Part shown: positions 12,501 through 49,769 of the stretch, in pieces
Layout: every line of letters begins with the position of its first letter
Position numbering within the stretch: the first letter of the stretch is position 1
DNA from: Podarcis cretensis
Lineage: Eukaryota
DNA: 64,000 bases
NCBI GenBank assembly: GCA_951804945.1
Contig: OX638156.1
Location: 37,758,001-37,822,000, forward strand
Direction: 5' to 3'
Program-made: the position numbers and the translations under genes
Notes under the pieces: generated by a model
Database searches by the model: none
Told to the model about the DNA's origin: nothing
Seen by the model: only the letters and a program-made list of their open reading frames with translations

Positions 12501-14788
12501 TGGAGGGTCTGGGGAAGCTTGTACATGGGGACCATTGATTCTCCAAAACAGAAACTTCTCAGGTGCCAATTGCAAATTTACACTTAGAAAACCAAAAATA
12601 AGGTTCTTATAATTGCATATTACTGTTTGGTTTTTAAACAGTAATTTTTACACTTCAGAAAATTGCCAAGCTCTTTCTGATTCAGGCAAGTTTAATAACA
12701 GAATGCGAAAAAATTTCTGGCATAGTATGATAGGGAGGTTTAACCAGACCCAAAATCCAGTTTGCACATGGGCATTCTTGTTTTCTTTGCAGAAACAGTC
12801 AAGCCACATTTTCTCTCTTTGAAATGCAAACAGTATCTCTGTGTTAACTTTTTGTGAGTTGATTCTCTTAGAGCTGTGGGTTTTATGTATTTACGATGGG
12901 TGAGGGGAAAATCCAGCTATTACTGAGTTAAGACTGGAAACTGAAAGGTTGAAGTCATCCCTGTATTCAACTTTGGCTTCTTGGCAAGAATTCAGAGTGG
13001 GCAGGGTTTTTCCACAATGAGGTGATTATGGTTGAGTGTAAGGAAACACTTGAGGCTGTGAATCATTGATTCCTTCCCTCCTTACTCTAGAGGCGCCTGC
13101 GCTCAAAACCATTTCCAGCCAAGTTCTTAGCTGACCACTTCTGCTGAGTTGTTTGGACCAGGAAAATTTGGTGGGATGATCATATAGATGTCGTACGTTA
13201 CATTGGATAACATGTTAAAATTACGAGCGTGGATGTCTTTTTATTGGAGACCTTCCCATAGAAATAGTGCCTGTGGAGCAAGCCTGTTCAGCTTTTTGTT
13301 TCAGGCAGTGCACAAGGGGAAATGTGCATTCTACAGTTAGAATTGTTCAGTAAATTAAGGAACCAAATTTGCATGCTTCATATTCTGTTGCAAGTGGTAT
13401 ACCCCTGTGTTTGCAGAAGCTAGATTTATGCACTTTTTAATATTACGAATTGGAATATAGGGGGAGGAGACCAGCTTTTTTCACAAAGGGTGGCAGTTCA
13501 TTCCTAGAGTTTCTGAGAAATTAAGTATTGTGTAGAAAAATCAAGTAGTAGGCATTCTCTGTGTGTGTGTGTGTGTGTTGTGTGTACGCGCTAAGAAAAG
13601 GAGAGTATCAGGTGTCAAAAGGTATTCATTTCTAGTGTGCCTAGAGCCCACAAAAATAGAACTCTTGCTGGAAGAATTTGTGTCTGATGCAATCAGTTGG
13701 CAAACATGTTGCTAAAAATACATGTACTGTAGTAGTTAACAGAGAGCAGCTGAAAGAGGCTGGTATTTGGGAGTCCTCGTGCTGCTTCCTTGATTCACTG
13801 AACTAGCAGTAGCCAAGTCTAGTTTTCATCAGTACTGTATTAGCACTTCCCAATGTGTGTGTTCCAAAAGCGTGCTGGCTATTTGAAGGGAGTTCTTGAA
13901 CTGTCTGACAGGCAGACCACGCAAGGCCTGCTGATAGTAGGGCCAAAAACCCTTGCTTGGAAGTTGTTGTTTTTCTAAGTTGTATTGTGCAATGCTTTCC
14001 AGACCTGTGAATGATACCCTTGGTTCCCAATGCATTTCTTGGCCACTAACACACTGGTTTGTGCATACAGCAAGTTACTGCAACTTTGTAGGGCTGTGAA
14101 TTTTATTGGATGGTGGTTTGGAAATTATTTGTTTGAGCAAAATTAAAGCTGCTATATTTCAAAATTTCATAAATATATAGTACAGCACAATTTTATGTGG
14201 TAAGTTATACATAATGGGTTGTATCCATCATAGCACTACATGAACAAAATGCATTGGATGGACGGTGTTTAACTACCTTGTCTCATCAGTGCAAGGATTT
14301 CTGCTTGCGCAACAGAACATTATGCCCCCCTCCTTCCACTATGTGTCACCTAAGTCTGTTCTAGGGTTTCCCCTAACACTCCTGAGCAGATTTGGCAAAG
14401 GCACAGAGCACACGAGGGGGAGGAGGCGGGGAAGTCATGTTATGCAAACAGAAATCCTTGTGGTAATCAGACAAGGTAGTTGAACTTCATGCTATGCATT
14501 TTGTTCTCTTACAGAGGTAGAGTAAGTTGAGAGCTGATAAGGAAAGGTGTGGCATACACTTCAGTTTCTCCCCCTGCTCCCCATGTCTTTTCACAAGGGA
14601 TTGACTCATTGCTTCCACATTGCCAGAAATGTTCTGTCTCTGTTAGGGGTAGAGGGGTATGTGGCATATGTGAGACAAAGCTTAAACAAACGAGAAGCTA
14701 GAAATTGGCTGGCAGTGTTTTTTATAGGTTGATGTACTTAAGTGAAAAATATAGGAAAAATACAGACTTCAATCAAATTAGCTGTTAT

Positions 14789-15157
14789 GTTGTTGTTGTT
14801 TAGTCGTTTAGTCGTGTCCGACTCTTCGTGACCCCATGGACCAGAGAACGCCAGGCACTCCTGTCCTCTACTGCCCCCCGCAGCTTGGTCAGACTCATGC
14901 TGGTAACCTCAAAAACACTATCCAACCATCTCGTCCTCTGTCGCCCCCTTCTCCTTGTGCCCTCCATCTTTCCCAACATCAGGGTCTTCTCCAGGGAGTC
15001 TTCTCTTCTCATGAGGTGGCCAAAGTACCGGAGCCTCAGCTTCACAATCTGTCCTTCCAGTGAGCACTCAGGGCTGATTTCCTTCAGAATGGAGAGGTTT
15101 GATCTTCTTGCAGTCCATGGGACTCTCAAGAGTCTCCTCCAGCACCATAATTCAAAA
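14789..15157 (-). mobile_element. 5'-truncated RTE/BovB LINE 3' end
   Basis: Minus-strand frame ...SLEGQIVKLRLRYFGHLMRREDSLEKTLMLGKMEGTRRRGRQRTRWLD...VHGVTKSRTRLND is the BovB RT C-terminus. (CAA)n tail; 9-bp TSD agctgttat at 14780-14788 and 15158-15166. Confidence 0.92.
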
Positions 15158-16109
15158 AGCTGTTATACCTGTATATATCTAAAGTGCATTAAGGTGGGGT
15201 GGCAGCTGAGGGTTACATAGACTGTTTACTGTGAGCTGTAAGATGGCTGGTGCACAGATAACTTGTTTATGTATTGAGTGCCCAACAGAGCAGTTTTACT
15301 TTCTGTAAGGGCTACTTAACTTCACATTTGCAGCTCATCTTTGTCTTTGCAGCATGTGTAGAACTTCTTTTTCAGGAAACTGGCAAACTGAGGAGAGTAA
15401 TAAGTTCCCCCTTGTTAGTTGAGAGTCTCCATCCCAAGTACTGTGCTAATTCACTGGTTTTACACCATGGGTTGGCTCATGATTTTAAGAGAAACTTGGA
15501 CATTGTGCTTTGAAACCAAATTATGCGTGCTGTTATATAGCCTGTATCAGTTTAGGAAAAAATAAGGCAGAGGAACAACTTAAATAGGTTTGCATCAGTG
15601 TACCTTAATCCTAGGTGCACAGTCATTTCATGGGTTGTTGTAAGTTACGACGTTTCAAGATGATTGACTTGATGCTTCAGCCTCTAGGAATCTGTGAAAC
15701 TGAGTTCCTCCCCTTCTTCTGCCTTACACACTGATGTGCTGGATGATCTAAATATACTGACTTTCAGGCTGTGTGATTATATATATATCAGTCATACATG
15801 GTATATCTCATGTATGATGGATCAATATGACTAATAATGACGAATAACATCACTTACTTTCTATATTTAATCAGTAGAGCACTTATTTTCTCCCAATAGA
15901 GAGTGGTAGAAATTCTAACTGTAATCAACAAGTGAAAAATTAGTTCTCATTCTCGTTTAGAAACAAGTTATTCTAAGAGTCTTAGATTTTATTTGCCAGG
16001 TCCAAATCACTCACAGTAATTCCTTAATAATTTGATATTAGAATAGCTTTACAGGTGGACAAAACAACAAGACGGGCGTTGAACCTGCTGTCACATGTGT
16101 GTATTGTCA

Positions 16110-16270
16110 ACAGGGCTGTGGCATGCAAAAGATCTCAGGTTCACTTCCCAGCATCTCCAGGTATCGCTGGGCGAGATCTTATCAGAAATTGTGAAGAGCT
16201 GCTGCCAGTTAATGTAAGCAATACTGAGCTATATGGACCAATGGTCTGACTTGGAATAAGACAGTTTCCT
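16110..16270 (+). mobile_element. tRNA-derived SINE, same family as 45642-45822
   Basis: gcatctccaggta...gagctgctgccagt...caatactgagcta.atggaccaatggtctgac. Confidence 0.55.
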
Positions 16271-18263
16271 GTGGAAAGCTTGGGTTTTAGTCATCACTGG
16301 GCTAAATGTGAGTTTTCACATAGATTAGTACTTCCTACACCTTACTCAGGCTGGTTCAGGTAGGATTTTGGGTTGATAATCATCCAGGTAAATTGTACCT
16401 TGTTCCATTAAATTGTAGTTTTCATATTATGACTAAGCTTTTATAAGTGGTGGTTTCACAAAAGCAGGTTATTTTGATAGTTACAGCTATGCCACTCTCA
16501 ATATAATGGTGTGAATTGGTCTAAAGGAAGGAAGGACCAACCTATAAAGTTCAGCTCTCAGTATCACTCTTCCCTATTGTTGTTTTTTAAAGATTTACAA
16601 GCATCTTGCATTTTTTTAAATTAAGCCAGTTGATGCATTCCAGTCATTCACTGTGGAGGGCCATGTGTCATGAAGTCATGAAGTTACATCTCTTCCTCCT
16701 TTCTCCTTTTGCCACCCCGTGCTCAGAAGAGCTTTATGGTTACCCAAATATGGCAGCCAACTTAGTGCCAGTGCCAGCATCTGGCTTGCTTTTGGGAGGC
16801 AAGTTCTGAGCCCTCCACCATCCCCATCACTCTCCTCCCTCCACTGGCCTGGTCTTATTTAAGGTATTTCTATGCTGGTTTTCAGACAGACATCACAAAG
16901 CAGTTTATATAAACATTATTACAATAATAAGAACTGATTTTTTAAAAACAACAACAACAACCAATGCAAAAGGCAACTGTTTGTTTAGAAGAAGCTGTGA
17001 TGGTAACTTCTTTTCTGCTCTGCTGCAGAGTGGGTGGTTCTGCAAAGATTTCCTGGGTGACAGCTAGAGGAGGAAGGGGCCACCACTGGCAGCTGGACCT
17101 GGGCAGCTTACTAGGCTGTGGGTTTCGTTTCCACTCTCTTCAGAGCAAGATAATTCTTCATAGACCTTTATGTGCCATTTCCTCCACCAGTTGACAAGTT
17201 GCCATTTGTTTTGGGGCATAATGCTAATGGAAATTGACTGGGCAACTTGAATTGTGTGGGGTTCTTTACCCTGCTTTTTGATAGTCAGATAACATTTTTA
17301 TTCTTGGTAAGCTGGCTGGAATATCAGAATACACTTATTTTCAAATAAAGCATAGTAGAAGAGGCATCATGGTATATGGAGGGCTAGGCTGAAATCCATA
17401 GGTGTCTGGCTCCTTGATTTTTATTTTTATTTTAAATGCCCACCACTTAGTAAACTGATCTTTTTTTTCAACTTGAGGCTGGCTCCTGGAGAAACAGAAA
17501 TATTTTTCAAGCTCTATACTGGCTGCACACTCTACCTGCATTTCCCAGTGACCCAACTCCCTTGCTGCTGGTTTTGGACTCACACAAAGGAGTGGGAAGG
17601 ACTTTACTACTGGCTGCCTCAAGAAACCTCACATTGATCATTTGTTTTAGGATGGCGGGGATCTGGATGCAGTTTGAGCCTCCCCCAGGAACTGTGTATA
17701 CGTGCATTTCCCTCTCCCGCTTCAGTTTACTTTGAGAACAGCATGTTAGAATGCTTCAGGGTGGGGATAAATTGGAGGGAATTGCGGTTGATTAGCATTT
17801 TTGTAGCCCTGGGTATCTGAACGGGACAGAATTGCAGGACTGGGCGCCTTAGCAGATTTGAGGATAAGAAGCAAGTTTTTCCTCTTTGTAGCATCAGCTG
17901 TTGGGTTTAAGGCAGGGTTGGGGAACTGGGCTGGGACTGATGGGAGTCCACCAGCATCTGGAGGGTACAGGTTCCCTTTCTGGTGCAGGGCACAAAGGTA
18001 TGCCAAAGGGGAAATTAGGATTGTTTGCCTGCTTGCAAAGGAACTTGTTTGCTAGTCACATTATTTTACAATTTCAATCCAAGTTGATGGGCTTGTATTT
18101 TTTCTTACCCTCCAGGCCTCCTTTTGGATGACCAATGTGTATCTTCAGTGATGATGTCAGACACTTACCCAGCCATTCCCTGCCCATTCCAGTTGTTACA
18201 GACTCATATGATGCAAAAGCTGCAATTCAGGATCCCAAAAACATTGCTTTTAAAACTGTCTAG

Positions 18264-43063
<24,800 letters not shown>

Positions 43064-44434
43064 CACGTGGGGAACTGTATCTCGTGAACTTCCCTCTGAT
43101 CCATTCCATTCAGTGCTAGAAGGGAGAAAGGCAGCTCTGACCGAGCCACACACGAGCTGAGAGCCCGAACTGTGGCCCACTTTCATGCTGAACAGTAGAC
43201 GGAAACCTGTTAAGTCGCCCTGCTGCCTCAGAGCTGTGGAATGTTCTTTTAGCAGAAATGAAAGTTGGTGGTGAGACTTGAGCTACCTGTTGGTTTGTCT
43301 CCGACCAAGGTGGCTGGAGAGTCTGCCTCTTAAGTTTGTCCCCTGTCCACTCTTCCCATTTCCTTTCTTCCGCTGCTCCTTCCACTTGCCCATCACATGT
43401 CAACAGTTTTGCACTGGAAACACAAGGCTCATAATCTCCTCTAATGGGGGCATATCTGTCTTCTAAAGCCTTTATTTCAGCAGCCGTCACACATTTAAAA
43501 ACAACACCAATATTTCTTGGTCAATGTAGCTTCCTGCTGGTCAGAGACCCTCTGTATTTTGGACTGTTGACCTGAAAATGTTCAGACTTGAATTCTACAT
43601 GAAGAAACTGATTTGTAAAGGAGGTGTTGAGATTCTAGAAGAATCCAAATTTTTTTTGATAACTCTGTGATTCCAAAGAACATTGATTCTTCCACTACCA
43701 CCACCTTTTTTTTAAACTGCAGAAAACTGCATTTTCATTCATAGTGTTTCTAGTTCCTTCAATTTCAGTACCTACATTGTTGTCAAAAAAGAAGTGATTT
43801 TTCAGGAGGGATTCTTATAACTACAGTGCCAGACTGAAGATAGCTTGTTATTCTGGGTATTTTAAAAGGTACCATTGATTTCTCTCTCTCTCTTTTTAAA
43901 TTCAGTATTTGTTCTTGCAAGTTCTGTACGTTTTGAAAGTATTGAGCTATAGAACTCAAGATCGGGAAAGAAAATGTGGAGAAACTCTGTTAATATTGTT
44001 TTGAAAGAAATACATGTTGTTTGAATAGCAAGTCAGCCTAGGTTGACTAAACTACCATTTCATTTACATAGGCTCTAACAAACTTAGTCTGCCAAGCTCA
44101 TGCCTATCCACTTGGCAAAATGTGGGAAGGAGGAACACACAGTGAAACTAGGGTTGCACAAACCAATATCCAAAAGCTCATGGGGCAATGTGCATATTGT
44201 TCCTCTGTGCAAGTGCAGAAAAATCACTGAAATCAGCTGTGTGAGAATCTCAGCCTTAAAAGAAAGTAAGTTTTTAGTTATGGTTGCAAGGTACCTTTGA
44301 AAGGGTATGTGAATAATGTCTGTTGAATTCTTAAGATGTCTAGACATTGTTGAATCACATTTCCAGTGGTTCAGGATGGGGCTTCAGTTTCCCATCTTAA
44401 TTTATAGAGTGCTGAATCCAGCTTTTCTTGATTC

Positions 44435-44540
44435 ATTAAAAACAAAAAGCAGTTGCAACAATTATTTATTTTATTAAAATTTGCTACCCGCTTTTCTTTA
44501 TAAAGGAGTTCCAAAGCTGGGTACAATACCAATGAATAAA
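44435..44540 (+). terminator. Candidate RSPRY1 polyadenylation signals
   Basis: ATTAAA at 44435-44440 and AATAAA at 44535-44540, about 1.4 kb after the stop codon. Confidence 0.4.
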
Positions 44541-44550
44541 ACCATAAACT

Positions 44551-44685
44551 GGGATAGCTCAATTGGTCAAGCTTGAGACTCTTCTCAGGGCTGTGGGTTT
44601 GCGCCCCATGTTGAGCAAAAGATTCCTGCATTGCACAGGGTCGGACTAGATGATCCTCATGGTCCCTTCCAGCTCTAAAATTCTT
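44551..44685 (+). mobile_element. tRNA-derived SINE with CR1-type 3' tail
   Basis: Head gggatagctcaattggt (A box) with a decayed B box, then ggactagatgatcctcatggtcccttccagctct. Confidence 0.75.
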
Positions 44686-45641
44686 TGCTCAAACAAACAA
44701 TAAAACAGTAACGTCAACTGAGAGCACATAGGTGGTTTAATAATACCTATTTACAAAGTGTAGCAACACAGATACCCCAAAACCTGGGTGAACAGTAGCT
44801 CTTCAGTAGTCACTGAAAGCTGACAACTCAGTGCCAGACAAGTCCACACAGCCTTATCCATGGCCTTGCCCAGTTTTCAATTAGTAATTTGTACCCCTAA
44901 ATATGTTTCTTTAGAAAGGAACCTTCAGTTGAACTTTCAGCTAATAGACTGGCCTTGCAAGTGGTTCTGTCTTCTCAGATGGGTTTTGGTCTTTCACCTT
45001 CCTGAACTGAAACGCTTCTCATTAGGTATCAAAATACTATTGAACCTGCAAGGAGTTTTAAAAGCTATGACAGGAAATGCCAAGTTCTGATCTGTATTTT
45101 CCTGATGGACCATGACCATGAGGTGAGGAAGCGTAATTTCCTGAGCCCTGTGGAAGATTGCGTTCACCTTAGGCAAGAAGTCAGGGTTGGGTCATAGGAC
45201 CATATTGCCCAGGTGGCAGATAGAGAGTTCCTTCCAGACCAAGAGGACCCTGAGTTTCTCCACTTTTGTTGCTGAGCTCTCGGCAGTAGATGAAGTGCAG
45301 TGGTTTGAAGGGTGAGGCCACAACAGCCTTGAAAACGCGGATAAGTTCAGCTCTGGAACCCAGGCGAAAGATGAGCAGAGCCTCTTGGAGGAAACATGCA
45401 ACCTTTTAGTGTTTGGCCTGCAAGGAGCTTCCATGTGTTGCAATAACACTACCCAGAATGGTGCCTGCTGCTTGAGTCCATTGGGGGCCAGGCCCTGGTC
45501 TAACCTGTAGGAATTCAAGAACACTGGGTGCGCATGCATCAGCAGAGTGGACTTGCTCTTGCATCAACTTGTTGAAGACTTTCTATGGCATCTTGTAAAT
45601 TTGATTGGTAGAAACCTTTGAGAGGCAAAGGGTTTCACCCA

Positions 45642-45822
45642 GGGGAGAGCCACAGCTTAGCAGTACAGCATCTGCTTTGCATTCAGAGGGTTCCAGGCTC
45701 AATCCCTGACATCTCAAGGTAGATGTCACCTGTCTGAAACCTGGGGAGCCGCCGCCACTCAGTGTAGACAGTACTGAGTTAGAGGGACCAATGGTTTAGC
45801 CTGGCATAAGGCAGCTCCTTAT
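45642..45822 (+). mobile_element. tRNA-derived SINE
   Basis: Decayed A and B boxes (agcttagcagtacagca...ggctcaatccc) and a body shared with the copies at about 16110-16270 (+) and 600-765 (-). Confidence 0.65.
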
Positions 45823-48067
45823 ATACCTTACCCAAGTATCCTCCATGTCTTGGCATGTGCCACTCGGCATCCAGATCCAGCATTTTCATCTTGATATTTA
45901 TCCAGGAAAGTACCTCCAGGTGTATTGGGGCGGGGGGTTGTTGCCCATGATAACCCTTCATTGGGCTACCGGCCTGACAGGCTTTGTTTGGACTGATGTC
46001 CCTGATTCAAGACCACTCTCCTTAACCCCTGCCCAAGCCCTCTGTTCTCCCTCTTCTCACATTAGCAGGATGCAAAATGGTGCCCTTTCAGAATCACTGC
46101 CTCCAACGTGGTTCCTGCAGAGATACCCTCATAGTCATCCTTGGAAGAGGAGATAAGATGGTTGTACAAAGTTCAGGGCTTTAGGATCTGGTCTCATCTG
46201 AAAGGGCAAGGAAGGTGTATGAATCATCTAGTTGCCTCTTTCCCCAGCACTGTGGATCATTCATCACATCTTATGGTCGTGCATCTTCTGCTGGCTTACT
46301 GGGGCTTGGGACCGTAAGCCTGCAAAGTATTCTACTGCTTTGTGTTTGAGGATGTGTTGCTGCCTTTCACTCTTCTTGCCAAACAAAGATGCTGTGCAAT
46401 GTATAGGCAGTTTCATAGGTGGGTGACAATTCCCTGCTGATCAAGACAAGCTGTACCTCCCACCCAGGGGTTTATTAGGTTGGCTATAGTCAAAGGTAGC
46501 GGGGGGCGGGGGGGTTACGCACAAAATTCAGAGCTCTCCACTCTGGCTAAGAGCTGGGCTGCTGCTCCACTCCTCTGGGTGCAGAGGAGGCAAGGTGCAG
46601 AGGCTCCTCTGGGTGCCTTGGTGGAGTAATTCAGGTGCTGGTGTGGGCCATCACAGCAGCCCTGTGGGACCCCCTCCCCAGTCACATTACTATACAAAAA
46701 GCAAACTTTGAGTTTCTTGTCCATTGTCTCACTGGCTTCAGAAGCACTGATACAGCCCCTTACCAAGGACACAAGGGACAGGGGGCACTGATGCAGCTCC
46801 TTGCCACTTGCCCTGGCTATGGTCTTAGTGCCAAGAAGAGTTGGGCAGTGCCCCTTGAATAATGGGTGTGTAGGGGGCTGCTGGGCTGAGGGTGGGTCAG
46901 AAAATCTTCCTTCTATGTGATCTTTCTTAAATCAACTTGTTAACTCATTTTGAGTTATTTCCACCTGTTCTTAAGGATACCTTTGCACAGGGGAATGGAG
47001 GGGAGTGGCAAAGTTTTATCTTGCAATTCAAGTAAGCACTAAAGTCAGGATGCTGTCATATTAGCAAATCAACCAGAGATCAACAGCAATCTAATGGTTA
47101 AGTGTTAAAAGCAAGCCTTCCTCGCTGACCCTACCATAAAAATCACATGATTTTGTGTTATGCTTGTGTAACAAGCATATTATTGTGGGTCCTCAGCCTG
47201 TAACTACTAAGTCAACAATGTCAGCTGACATGTTTATTATGCTTCTGTCCTAGCTTGGCATGTGGCTCCTGACAGATGGGTGGGTGGGTGTGAATGTTTT
47301 GCAAACAGGCAAGAAAGCCCTTCAATGTAAGAGACGTGTGTCATCCCATTTCACTGGAGAGCATGAAAGCAAACAAGAATCTAGTCAGGATGACCCTCTC
47401 CCAACAGATTGTGATCTCAAGCAAGATAAATAGTATACACATACACCCACAATCTGAAAACTGCTTTCTGGAGGGATTCGTCATTATACAACACCATTGC
47501 CCATGTTTGGTCAACCACGAAGCTCACTGGGTGGCCACTGCCTCTCAGTCTAACCTACAGCACAGGGTTGTTGGAAATTAAATGTCATGGGATAAAAAGG
47601 TGGGATGTAATTGCAATAAACGAAAGAAGAATCCACTGGTTTGGCCACTGACAGCAGGATGCTGGGCAAGCGGAGTCTTTAGCCTGCTCCGGTAGACAGG
47701 CCCGCCTGTGTGAAGACACACTTCAGATACAGGGACCGAGATCAGCGACTTTTAAACTCGGCGCGTAGTTAAACACTGAAACTTTCGCAGGAGGCAAGAT
47801 GGCCACCAACCTTGATACCTTTAAAAGAAGATTGAATAAATTAACAGAGGAGGGGGCTACTATGCACAATGGCTATGGCATGCTCTGCCTCCACTGTCAG
47901 AGGCAGCAATGCCTTCTGAATACCAGCTGCAGGAAACCACAAGAGGGTGAGAGGGTTAATATGCTCAAATCCTGCATGGAGACTCCCCACAGGCGTGGGT
48001 CGGCCACTGCAAAAATTATGCTGGACTAAGTGGGTCCCCTTTAGCAAGTTCCAGGAAGGATCTTAGT

Positions 48068-48110
48068 TGCTGCTGCTGCTGCTGCGGCCGCCGCCGCCGC
48101 CGCCGCCGCC
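48068..48110. repeat. Compound trinucleotide repeat (TGC)6 G (GCC)8
   Basis: Read directly. Confidence 0.95.
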
Positions 48111-48309
48111 TACTTTGCTCGGCTCAATCAAACTTGGCACCGCCACGTGGTCGGTGAGGCTGGAAGGCAGAGAACCCCCCTCGCTTCCTCTGATTGGCTC
48201 TCTCCTTTTACGTTTCCTATTGGTCGGAAGAGAAGTCCCGCCTGGCTTCCTGTGACTGGCTCAGTTCGTTCAGCCTCCCAATGATTGGTCAGATAGGTGT
48301 GCGTTGCCG

Positions 48310-48468
48310 GAAGAGGCCGTTTCCTAGGCAGCAGCAGCAGGAGGAGGAATAAGAATAAAGAAAGAAGCGACGGCGGCGTTTGCAACGAACTCTATGGGGG
48401 AGGCCGAGGCCTTCGTCCCGCTCGTCGGTCTGCGGAGTGACGAGCTGGCACTGCCTGGAGGACGACAG
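48310..48468 (+). other. ARL2BP: Probable non-coding exon 1 of ARL2BP (start approximate)
   Basis: Donor CAG|gtagga at 48468/48469, downstream of the promoter motifs. Confidence 0.6.
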
Positions 48469-48956
48469 GTAGGAGCCAAGGCGGAAGGGGGTGGCCTTGA
48501 CTAGGGTTCCTGGGTCCTCTGTGGCCCTGAGAGGAGCCCTGCTAGGTAGGCCGGGGGTCCTGGCTCGCCCCCAGTAAGCTCCTGGCCTTCAAAGGTAGAC
48601 TGAGTCAGTATGTGGAGGCTCTATCTCCTGGCTAGGAACTTGGAACAGCTCTGCCAGGTCAGGCCGACCTTGGGTCCAGTAGCGCCCCAGTCCTCCCCGC
48701 CCCACGCAATGGCAAACCAGAACCCCAGAAGCAGGTTATTTGATTGATTGTATTTATATCCGACTTTTTTCTCCAGTAAGCTCAATGTGGCATGTAAGTA
48801 GTTCTCTTTTATGCTCCACAACAACCTTGTGAAGTAGGTTGGGCAGAAGTGAGAGAGTGGCCTCCAAGGTCACAGTGAGCTTCATGGCCAAGATTTGAAC
48901 CCAGCTGTCTCCCAGGTACTGGTGCTTACGGCTTGGTCTGGGCATGCAGCAGAATT

Positions 48957-49114
48957 GTTGTTGTTTAGTCGTTTAGTCGTGCCCGACTCTTCGTGACCCC
49001 ATGGACCAGAGCACGCCAGGCACTCCTGTCTTCCACTGCCTCCCGCAGTTTGGTCAAACTTATGCTGGTAGCTTCAAGAACACTGTCCAACCATCTCGTC
49101 CTCTGTCGTCCCCT
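48957..49114 (-). mobile_element. Short BovB/RTE 3' fragment in ARL2BP intron 1
   Basis: Near-identical to 14789-14950; (CAA)n tail; possible aatt TSD. Confidence 0.85.
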
Positions 49115-49731
49115 AATTAGGTGGTAGTAAAATGAACTGTCCCAACTGCTGCTGGAGGATTACATTTTTTAAAATAATTTTCATTGACAAAAAAACTCCC
49201 TGCAACAGGAAAGCTAGTACAGCAGAGAGTGGACTGATCTAGAACTTTCCCCCCTCACATTCAAGAGAAACCAAAAGCTCCTGGACCGTATAACAGAGGC
49301 CCTTGGTAATTGCAAACATGCAAGACTTCTTGTACGTCTGGCAAACCCTAGTTGTGATAAGCAGCACCCACAATGTATTTGTGAGTCTATAAATTCTGTG
49401 GATTTCTGCTGCCCCTTTCCAAATCCAAACTCTTGGGATTCCATACCTTCAGATCCACCAAATCGCCAGTGCAATGGGATAAGTTGCTTTTGTTTCAGGC
49501 AAACCTATTCTGCTGCTTACTTGTATGTATAGTTCATTTGTTGCCCACTGTTTTCCAGGAAATAGAAAGCACGTCATAATCAATGGTTATTTCTAGATGT
49601 AGGGGTGGTGTAATATTTTCAGATGGGCTTGAGACCTGACATTGAAGACAGGATGACTGACAGCCAAGTATTACACCCTGAGGATTAAAGTATTTAAAGG
49701 TTTACATTATAAAACAGGTGACAAAGCCACG

Positions 49732-49769
49732 ATGGAAACTTTAGAAGAAGAAAACTTTGGTGTGTCCAT
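49732..49769 (+). CDS. ARL2BP: ARL2BP coding exon 1
   Basis: Good Kozak context (acgATGG); METLEEENFGVS; donor |gtaagt; 38 nt. Confidence 0.88.

Larger units (their letters stand above)
48060..48720. promoter_or_regulatory. CpG island promoter of ARL2BP
   Basis: CpG-rich. E-box CACGTG at 48144-48149, several ATTGG/CCAAT boxes at about 48190-48290, ETS CCGGAAG at 48307-48313, and an X-box-like GTTTCCTAGGCAGC at 48319-48332. Confidence 0.85.

Noticed and set aside
43116-43490. 124-aa minus-strand ORF behind RSPRY1
   Set aside because: Antisense to the 3'UTR, with a non-ATG start and no recognisable domain.
44551-44625. tRNA-like sequence
   Set aside because: Decayed B box and T arm fused to a CR1-type tail, so a SINE head rather than a tRNA gene.
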